A stretch of DNA of 9,443 nucleotides, counting the filler, from an uncultured virus (IMG/VR IMGVR_UViG_2061766007_001501) (taxonomy: Duplodnaviria; Heunggongvirae; Uroviricota; Caudoviricetes). It is 3 parts of one record of this genome, joined end to end, with 100 filler letters (N's around TTAATTAATTAA, not from the genome) between each part and the next. Parts side by side here need not be neighbours in the genome. Positions count along the whole stretch, not along the records: positions 1 to 530 come from IMGVR_UViG_2061766007_001501; positions 631 to 8,439 come from IMGVR_UViG_2061766007_001501; 1 more part is not named here. One strand, written 5' to 3'. The number at the start of each line of letters is the position of its first letter. Position 1 is the stretch's first letter. Shown in pieces: positions 1 to 6,316 of the stretch. Under the pieces are notes generated by a model. It saw nothing but the letters and a program-made list of their open reading frames with translations, was not told the DNA's origin and did not search any database. The position numbers and the translations under genes were made by a program.

Positions 1-90
1 AATTAAATCACCATTTTCCCAATGCAGTTTTGTTATAGAAATAATAGTATCGCCAATCCTATCAACTATGATTTTCTCTGTTTTATCCAT
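1..90 (-). CDS. Hypothetical protein, 5' part only (runs off the window edge)
   Basis: Hand translation: ATG at 90 is preceded by GAAAGGA about 6 nt upstream. The frame is open to position 1 (MDKTEKIIVDRIGDTIISITKLHWENGDLI). AT-rich. Not in the ORF track. Confidence 0.55.
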   Translation of the reverse strand, partial: MDKTEKIIVDRIGDTIISITKLHWENGDLI

Positions 91-161
91 AGCATTTCCT
101 TTCGTCTGACCAAATTGTGCAACAACGTTATTTTTGCTCTCTACAAAGATCTGCTGTTTTA

Positions 162-530
162 TTACATGACATATGTAAAACTTGTAAACAAATAGAGATT
201 GCTAACAGAATCATTCATATATGCGGTCATTTGACCTGTGGATGCAAGGATGTACATTGTACCTTTTGCTTTGCCAGTTGCAACATCCACAATAGGCGCA
301 GTCAAACGCATAGTCCCTTTGATTTCATATTTTGATGGGATGTAACCAAAGTTAAAGTTTGTTCCTGAAACTTGGCTTGTTGCGATTGTTATTTGAACAA
401 CATTGCCCGTTCTATATGCTTGTAAAGACTCAATGCCAGATGCTTTTGTAAAATCATTTGATATATCTTTTGTCGCAATCTGTTCATTGATCTCTTCAAT
501 CTGACCTTGCAGATCTCCTACATGGAAATC
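162..530 (-). CDS. C-terminal fragment of a tail fibre/receptor-binding protein (beta-rich head-like domain); 5' end lost in gap
   Basis: Hand translation gives 122 uninterrupted codons from the gap to TAA at 162-164: DFHVGDLQGQIEEINEQIATKDISNDFTKASGIESLQAYRTGNVVQITIATSQVSGTNFNFGYIPSKYEIKGTMRLTAPIVDVATGKAKGTMYILASTGQMTAYMNDSVSNLYLFTSFTYVM. A short coiled coil is followed by the YRxGNVVxI...GxIPxxY...FTYV pattern typical of siphophage minor tail/RBP C-terminal domains. Confidence 0.7.
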   Translation of the reverse strand, partial: DFHVGDLQGQIEEINEQIATKDISNDFTKASGIESLQAYRTGNVVQITIATSQVSGTNFNFGYIPSKYEIKGTMRLTAPIVDVATGKAKGTMYILASTGQMTAYMNDSVSNLYLFTSFTYVM

Positions 531-630
531 NNNNNNNNNNNNNNNNNNNNNNNNNNNNNNNNNNNNNNNNNNNNTTAATTAATTAANNNNNNNNNNNNNN
601 NNNNNNNNNNNNNNNNNNNNNNNNNNNNNN
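531..630. other. Artificial 100-bp contig linker (44 N + TTAATTAATTAA + 44 N)
   Basis: TTAATTAATTAA at 575-586 gives stops in all six frames and is flanked symmetrically by 44 Ns. An identical structure occurs at 8440-8539. Confidence 0.95.
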
Positions 631-1596
631 CGGTGCCGTGGAAGCAGTCCCGGAGTAGATGCCCATCCAGCTGTCCGCTGAATCCTTCATGTCGGAATCC
701 TGCGCGGGCTGGGCAGAAGCATACTTGATCCACACGAACGCCTGCTGCCCTTGGATACCAGTCGCACCGGACATATCAACCACGAAGCTCCATGCGGAAG
801 AACCCTTGATGTACACCTTGGCGTTGTCTGGATCTTCGACATTGCTGACGATCATGACCAGATCGCCCTCATGGGTGTCCGTTCCACTGAAATCCGCTTC
901 CATCGCCGCAATGGATGCGTAGGTTTTCACAATATGGAAAGCATCTCCCGTCATGCCCTTGAGATTTGAAAAGGTGATCTTGTAATGCCCGTTTTCAAGC
1001 GTAAGCGTGGCAGTTGGGTTTTGCGTGGCTCCACCGCTGATCACGGCAATGGTCATTCCGTCAATCTTTCCTGCGGCGGTATTGGCGGCAGAAGCGGCAT
1101 TATTGGCTGCTGTGGCTTTCTGGTCAGCCAGCGTAGCTTTCTGATCCGCAAGGTTCGCTTTCGAGTTGGCATTGGCTGTGGCGGTTTCACAATCGCCGAT
1201 TTTTGCCAGCAGTTCAGCAATCGAAGGAATCACATGTCCTGGATCTACCAGCGTGTCCGTGGTTGTCCTGTACACGTAAGCCGTGCAAGCCGCTAACGTG
1301 GTGGTTCCGAGCTTAATCACGATGCTGATCCGACCGACCACCAGATACGCAGAAACAGGAAGCACGATGTACGCCGTGTTACCACTCAAGGTTCCTGTCA
1401 CGGTCACGGTTGCGTTGTCCTCCCGGATGATGTAGCCCGTCACCGTCCCGGAAAGCGTAGCCGCCTGACCGCCGTCATAGACCTTCACGCCGATCTTGTT
1501 GCTGCCGTTGTCAGCAGAGAACAGATTCCCGGTCAACTGCTTGACCTTCACGGGTTGCTGAAGATCGGATTCCAGCCATGTCTCAAAAACTGCCAA
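631..1596 (-). CDS. Tail fibre/upper-baseplate protein with BppU-like N-terminal domain; 3' end truncated by linker
   Basis: The N-terminal ~110 aa beta-rich domain (LFSADNGSNKIGVKVYDGG..LSGTVTGYIIREDNATV) resembles BppU N-terminal domains. It is followed by an Ala-rich coiled coil and by fibre-associated motifs KTYASIAAMEAD..EDPDNAKVYIK..DMSGATGIQG and WIKYA..MKD..WMGIY, seen between collagen-like stretches in Bacillota phage fibres. Start placed at TTG 1596 because SD GAGGTG lies 6 nt upstream and MAVFETW matches the paralogue's MAQIETW. ATG 1602 is the alternative. Confidence 0.75.
1113..1154 (-). repeat. Short heptad repeat LADQKAx x2 (21-bp period) in coiled-coil stalk
   Basis: Protein segment NLADQKATLADQKATAANNAASAANTAA; imperfect 21-bp nucleotide duplication. 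Confidence 0.7.
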
Positions 1597-1602
1597 TGCC
1601 AT

Positions 1603-1608
1603 CACCTC
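1603..1608 (-). promoter_or_regulatory. Shine-Dalgarno GAGGTG overlapping the upstream TGA
   Basis: Minus strand reads tcg TGA GGTG atggca TTG gca gtt ttt. Confidence 0.6.
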
Positions 1609-1951
1609 ACGATCNNNNNNNNNNNNNNNNNNNNNNNNNNNNNNNNNNNNNNNNNNNNNNNNNNNNNNNNNNNNNNNNNNNNNNNNNNNNNNNNNNNNNN
1701 NNNNNNNNNNNNNNNNNNNNNNNNNNNNNNCTGTTTCCGCTGGACGATCCGCTGACGGTCAGCGTTTCGCCGTCCGGTGTGATCACATTCCCGGTCACTG
1801 TCCCGGACAGCTCCACAGGTTCCCCGTCATCCGTCACCCGCACACCGATCCGGTTTCCGGAGGAATCGCCCGTAAACATCCGCCCCGCCAGCACCTTGAC
1901 CTGCGGGAGCACTTCAAGGTCGGTGTCAATCCACGTTTCTATCTGCGCCAT
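1607..1951 (-). CDS. Small stand-alone BppU-like baseplate domain protein (paralogue of the downstream gene)
   Basis: GGAGG at 1958-1962, 6 nt before ATG 1951. By hand alignment, 34 of 69 residues are identical and ungapped against the N-terminus of the 631..1596 protein. The C-terminal third lies in an N-gap (1615-1730), so length and stop are approximate. Confidence 0.75.
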   Translation of the reverse strand: MAQIETWIDTDLEVLPQVKVLAGRMFTGDSSGNRIGVRVTDDGEPVELSGTVTGNVITPDGETLTVSGSSSGNXXXXXXXXXXXXXXXXXXXXXXXXXXXXXXXXXXXXXXXXS

Positions 1952-2921
1952 ATTCTTCCTCCAGATCGTCCAGCCATCCGTAAAACTCCGGCTTGTCCGG
2001 GTTGAAATACCCGCAATCCTGCGCCTCTTTTCGGCTTGCCGCCATCAGCCGTCCGAGCAGATCATGTTCCACCGTCCGGAACACCAGCTTGACACGCCTG
2101 TAATAAGCCGTAAAAGCCCTTTTTAGCCCGTCCAGATCATCCGGCGGGTCAATCCTGTTCAACTGCTCATAGGCGTCTGTTACCGTCCTTCCGATCATTC
2201 CATGATATTCGCTCATGAGATCACGCTTGCGATACTCCTGCGCAACATACTTGTTGCGTTCAAACTGTCCCCACATGTTGCGAAGCTTGTTGGCCGGGTC
2301 GGTGGTGGCGCTTCCCTGGCGGTACGTCCATGTGTAGACGGTGATCGGAGAACGTATCATGCCGACTTTCTCCGGATCAATCTCCATGCCCAGCACAGCG
2401 TTGAAAGCCGAATCCTCCGAGAAATGGAACTCTTCCACGAACCGGACGGCTGGATGCTCCTTCAGCCATGTCCTGCGGATGAACTTGCAATGCGTCCAGA
2501 CCCGGTTGAACCGGCTGTTGTCCCGGATGACCAGATCGCCGTTCTTGTTGTAGGTCTCAATGTAGAACGGTGTCCACAGGAGATCATTCTTCTCATCGTC
2601 CAGTGCATCAAAAACGAATTTCAGCGAGTAAATGTCGGTAAACGCATCGTCGCAGTCGCAGAAGCAAATCCAGTCACCAACCGCCAAGTCAATGCCATGG
2701 TTCCGTGCGGCAGAAACGCCCTTGTGGGGCATGATGATCTGGCGCACGTCATACGGGAAATCATGGTCGAATAACGGAAGCGCCCCGTCCTCTCCGTCCT
2801 GAACCACCGTCACCAGCAGTTCGCTGAAGTCAATGCCACGCTGAAGGGAAAGCATTTCAAAGAAGGGTCTGCTAACCTCCCACGGCTCGTTCCAGTGTGT
2901 CATGATCAATTCAAGCTTCAC
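1926..2921 (-). CDS. Glycosyltransferase family 2 (GT-A fold), soluble, about 331 aa
   Basis: GT2 motifs in the expected order: LELIMTHWNE (IIPxYNE equivalent), VTVVQDG, KGVSAARNHGIDLAVGDWICFCDCDD (DxD), WTHCKFIRR, FSEDSAFN, YTWTYRQGSAT. No hydrophobic TM segment. Probable start is GTG 2921 with AAGGTG 6 nt upstream; the track's basic 22-aa extension overlaps the upstream gene. Confidence 0.92.
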   Translation of the reverse strand: MKLELIMTHWNEPWEVSRPFFEMLSLQRGIDFSELLVTVVQDGEDGALPLFDHDFPYDVRQIIMPHKGVSAARNHGIDLAVGDWICFCDCDDAFTDIYSLKFVFDALDDEKNDLLWTPFYIETYNKNGDLVIRDNSRFNRVWTHCKFIRRTWLKEHPAVRFVEEFHFSEDSAFNAVLGMEIDPEKVGMIRSPITVYTWTYRQGSATTDPANKLRNMWGQFERNKYVAQEYRKRDLMSEYHGMIGRTVTDAYEQLNRIDPPDDLDGLKRAFTAYYRRVKLVFRTVEHDLLGRLMAASRKEAQDCGYFNPDKPEFYGWLDDLEEEYGADRNVD

Positions 2922-3150
2922 AATCCACACCTTCCTCCCTTGCGGGTTCTTCCGGATGATCGGTTTCCTGTTTCTCCGCTTCCGCAAGCCGTGCTTCTTC
3001 TGCTTCGATGCAGAGGTTCAGATTACTCATTACTTGTGAAATCGGTCTGGTAATTTGCTCCTCATACTTTGCAGGGACATTGATCTCGCCCAACATGTTT
3101 ACACAGATCTTCAGAACATCCACCAAGGTCATGGTTCCAGATTCTTCCAT
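2911..3150 (-). CDS. Hypothetical 79-aa protein (helical, acidic C-terminus)
   Basis: Strong AAGGAGG (3158-3164) overlaps the upstream TAA, 7 nt before ATG 3150. Its stop overlaps the GT2 start by 11 nt. Confidence 0.8.
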   Translation of the reverse strand: MEESGTMTLVDVLKICVNMLGEINVPAKYEEQITRPISQVMSNLNLCIEAEEARLAEAEKQETDHPEEPAREEGVDCEA

Positions 3151-3162
3151 TGTGATTCCTCC

Positions 3163-5868
3163 TTAATCGTAATAGGTTGTTGGATCTCCGTAGGTTGTGC
3201 TGTAATACCAGTATCTTGCCGAACTGGTTACATTCTTATAGGTGTTTCCGTCCTTGTAATACAGGACATCATGGAGCCAGTTGCCAGAGATTTTCACCCC
3301 GGTTACGTTGGCTTTGCNNNNNNNNNNNNNNNNNNNNNNNNNNNNNNNNNNNNNNNNNNNNNNNNNNNNNNNNNNNNNNNNNNNNNNNNNNNNNNNNNNN
3401 NNNNNNNNNNNNNNNNNNNNNNNNNNNNNNNNNNNNNNNNNNNNNNNNNNNNNNNNNNNNNNNNNNNNNNNNNNNNNNNNNNNNNNNNNNNNNNNNNNNN
3501 NNNNNNNNNNNNNNNNNNNNNNNNNNNNNNNNNNNNNNNNNNNNNNNNNNNNNNNNNNNNNNNNNNNNNNNNNNNNNNNNNNNNNNNNNNNNNNNNNNNN
3601 NNNNNNNNNNNNNNNNNNNNNNNNNNNNNNNNNNNNNNNNNNNNNNNNNNNNNNNNNNNNNNNNNNNNNNNNNNNNNNNNNNNNNNNNNNNNNNNNNNNN
3701 NNNNNNNNNNNNNNNNNNNNNNNNNNNNNNNNNNNNNNNNNNNNNNNNNNNNNNNNNNNNNNNNNNNNNNNNNNNNNNNNNNNNNNNNNNNNNNNNNNNN
3801 NNNNNNNNNNNNNNNNNNNNNNNNNNNNNNNNNNNNNNNNNNNNNNNNNNNNNNNNNNNNNNNNNNNNNNNNNNNNNNNNNNNNNNNNNNNNNNNNNNNN
3901 NNNNNNNNNNNNNNNNNNNNNNNNNNNNNNNNNNNNNNNNNNNNNCTCTGCATCATCGCCGCTACCCCACGCCCCAGACAGGGTAACGGCTTTGCTAAAA
4001 GTTATTGGGTCGCCGTAAAACGGCGTTAGCGTTAGTACGTTGTTCTCCACACTCGCTGATTTGATGCAGTTTTTCAGTGTGGCAACATCCACATCGTAAT
4101 GCTCACCAGTGCCAGATCCGACAAATATCAGTTTACCGCCACTGTTGATCTGCACATCCTTTGTTGTAACCTTATCACCGTTTATGGTTGTGAGGTAACC
4201 ACTACCAATCGCCACGACTCTGGAAACGCACAATTTCCCATCGCCATCAACGGTCAACGCACCGGAAAGCGTTGTGTTCCCGGAAATCTGCACCCGGTCT
4301 GCGGCAATCAATGCACTTGAGCCTTGCGCGTTGATCGCAACCGCAATCGTTGCCGCCGTGATCCTTCCATCGCTTCCAACAACCCCCTCGATGGAAGCCC
4401 TCCAGCTGCTGGCGGTCTGTTCAACAAGGGAGCGGATGGNNNNNNNNNNCCGCCAGTAGGAAGCCGTCTGCACGATCTCGCTGTGCAGCCCTGCCTTGTC
4501 CGCGTCCATCGTCGTCCGGATATAGGACGCAGTCTGTACGATCTCGCTGTGCAGCCCGTCGGCGGACTGGTTGAATTCGGTCCGCAGGTAGGACGCTGTC
4601 ATTTCCAGATTGCTCCGCAATCCGTTTACATCGTCCGCGAACTCTGTCCGCAGGTAGGACGCGGTCATCTCCAGCAGGCTCCGGAGCGTCCCGTCCTCGC
4701 TGACAAATTCCCTGTGCAGGAACTGCTGCCCGTAATATCCGCCGCCTCGCCTGCTGTATTCCTTCTTGGACGCTTCCGCGATCCCGGCCCGCTTTTTATT
4801 TCCGGTGGCCGTCACTTCCACCCTCGTTGACCCTGCCCACCGTGTACGCATCCCGTAAATCGGCATGCTGTAGGAATTGTCGCCGGACCTGAGTGTGACG
4901 ATGTCCCCCGGCTGGTTTCCCCAGTCCGCGAAAAGATCCGCAGAGGAAGGATGGAAGGTGGGCGCCGATTGCAACCGTTGCAGGATCGCCGCCCGCGCCT
5001 GNNNNNNNNNNNNNNNNNNNNCAGTTCAGAAAAGGATTCCCCTGGATCAGGTATGCATTTTCCCGCGTACCCAAGTCCGCGACCGTCTCCTGTGCCCCGT
5101 TTTTTACACACAGCCCTGTAATTGCCGGTGTCTCAAACCAGGACGGCGTAAAGTCCTTGTAGTCGTGCTCGTCGTATTCCGTCTCCGTCGTCTCGAACCA
5201 TGTCATTTCCAGATAGCCGTCCCGGTTGAACCGCGCGATGCTGCATGCCGCCTCCGCGATCCAGTGGAGCACGTCCCGCATCGTGGCGTTCTCAAACTCT
5301 TCCGGTTCGCTCTCCACAACCAAGTCGCTGTTCAGGAAGGTTGTCCCGGCGGCTTCGACCCCGGCCTTGGCGCACAGTTGCAGGAAGATCGCCCCGATGG
5401 TGCTCGGATACGTGATCCCAAAGCTGTTTCCGGTCGGCATGTCCGCCTCANNNNNNNNNNNNNNNCGCGGATAGACAGGATTCGTTTCCGTACAACGTCC
5501 GGCCGGTCCGCGATAAACACCCCGATGGGAGCGAACTCATAGGTGACCGTCTCGCCGTTCTCCGTAAAAGTCTTGGTCTTTCCGGCGGGCGTTCCGCTGT
5601 CGATCCTCGCCCCGATCCACGCCTTGAACTTACCGAACCCGAAATCATCGAAACCGCCGTCCCGGTTCGACAGCTCAAACCGGATGCAGGAGGACGGGCA
5701 CTCCCCGATCCGCAGGTCCGTTTCCGTGCAGAAATCATCGTCGATTTCCACGCCGCTGCTGATCAGGATCTTTTCGTTGCTGACGTCCATCCCGGTGAAT
5801 TCCAGCAGGACGCGCTGCGGATTCCCGTTGTCGATGGCCGTCCTCAGCGTGCTGCTGAAGGTGTACAT
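3163..5868 (-). CDS. Tail tip / Tal-like hub plus central fibre protein, assembled across four N-gaps (possibly two genes split near 5021)
   Basis: GGAGG at 5876-5880, ATG at 5868. Track ORFs 5332..5868, 4796..5440 and 3163..4974 join end to end exactly at gaps 5451-5465 and 5002-5021. Motifs typical of genes after Dit: DLRIGECPSS, APIGVFIADRP, TMRDVLHWIAEAACSIARFNRDGYLE, YLIQGNPFL, QPGDIVTL. These are followed by coiled-coil repeats, a gp58-like segment (ALIAADRVQISG) and a beta-rich distal part. A 628-N gap lies at 3318-3945. Confidence 0.8.
4396..4710 (-). repeat. In-frame 66-bp (22-aa) tandem repeats, at least 5 units
   Basis: Units: EFVSEDGTLRSLLEMTASYLRT / EFADDVNGLRSNLEMTASYLRT / EFNQSADGLHSEIVQTASYIRT / TMDADKAGLHSEIVQTASYWR / gap / IRSLVEQTASSWRA. 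Exact DNA matches 66 bp apart: 4472-4491 = 4538-4557 (20 bp) and 4580-4596 = 4646-4662 (17 bp). Confidence 0.92.
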
Positions 5869-5880
5869 TCCGCCGCCTCC

Positions 5881-6290
5881 TTAATACTGGATCACGCTGA
5901 ATTTCAGCGTTNNNNNNNNNNNNNNNNNNNCGCCCACACCGCCTCAAACTCCCGGTCCCCCGCGTAGGCCTCCACGGTGCTCATGCAGTTGTTAAACGGG
6001 TCCGGAAAAGTAAAGGAAAACTTTTCCTTCCGCAGCATCCCGCAGATCTTGGTAATCATCACCCACGGAATATTCCGGTATTCCATTTTTACCGGGTACT
6101 TTGTAGCCACCATGTCCCGGTGGAGATAACCGGTCGCGTCGCGCTCGCCCATGGTATCCAGGTCGCTTTCGGCGCCGGAGAAGGCGGACGGGTCCGGAAT
6201 GTCCTTCCCGTCGATCTGGAATCCCATAAGGTAGTTCGGCTCCGGATAATCCACCGGCGCGTTCCACTGCTGAAGTTCCTTTCCTGCCAT
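5881..6290 (-). CDS. Distal tail (Dit)-position protein, DUF6711-like
   Basis: FQIDGKDIPDPS..DLD..GERDATGYLHRDMVATK..FTFPDP..AYAGDR matches my recollection of DUF6711. It sits between the TMP and the tail tip. After gap 5912-5930 it resumes in another frame as TLKFSVIQY-TAA (5881-5883), directly followed by the next gene's GGAGG. Confidence 0.8.
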
Positions 6291-6316
6291 GCNNNNNNNN
6301 NNNNNNNNNNNNNNNN

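Noticed and set aside
91..200. Start-less open frame (..KQQIFVESK..) leading into the 1..90 ORF, as a shufflon-like alternative fibre cassette resembling the NEQI junction near 480
   Set aside because: Similarity is only about 5 nt (CAGAT), no recombinase or inverted repeats are visible, and the downstream ATG has its own SD.
575..586. Palindromic TTAATTAATTAA repeated at 8484-8495, as possible att sites or terminal repeats flanking an element
   Set aside because: Each copy is centred in exactly 44+44 Ns and encodes stops in six frames. It is a synthetic linker, so the ORF ends at 583 and 8488 are also artefacts.
1926..2921. GtrB-type serotype conversion cassette
   Set aside because: No C-terminal TM helices, no GtrA flippase or GtrC neighbours, and no independent promoter space.
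3163..3317. Diversity-generating retroelement variable region at the fibre C-terminus
   Set aside because: No reverse transcriptase and no adenine-mismatched template copy are visible in this window. It cannot be excluded for the rest of the genome.
4396..4710. 66-bp periodicity as a CRISPR array
   Set aside because: The repeats are degenerate at synonymous positions, in frame, and encode a protein repeat. There is no constant repeat/unique spacer structure.
4796..5930. Apparent frameshifts/pseudogenisation in the Dit and tail-tip genes
   Set aside because: Every frame change coincides with an N-gap of estimated length; there are no stops in sequenced parts of the coding frames.
6089..6292. 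C-terminal extension of the TMP overlapping the Dit gene
   Set aside because: It arises from reading through Ns. The extension is an alternative frame of the Dit gene with non-protein-like composition.
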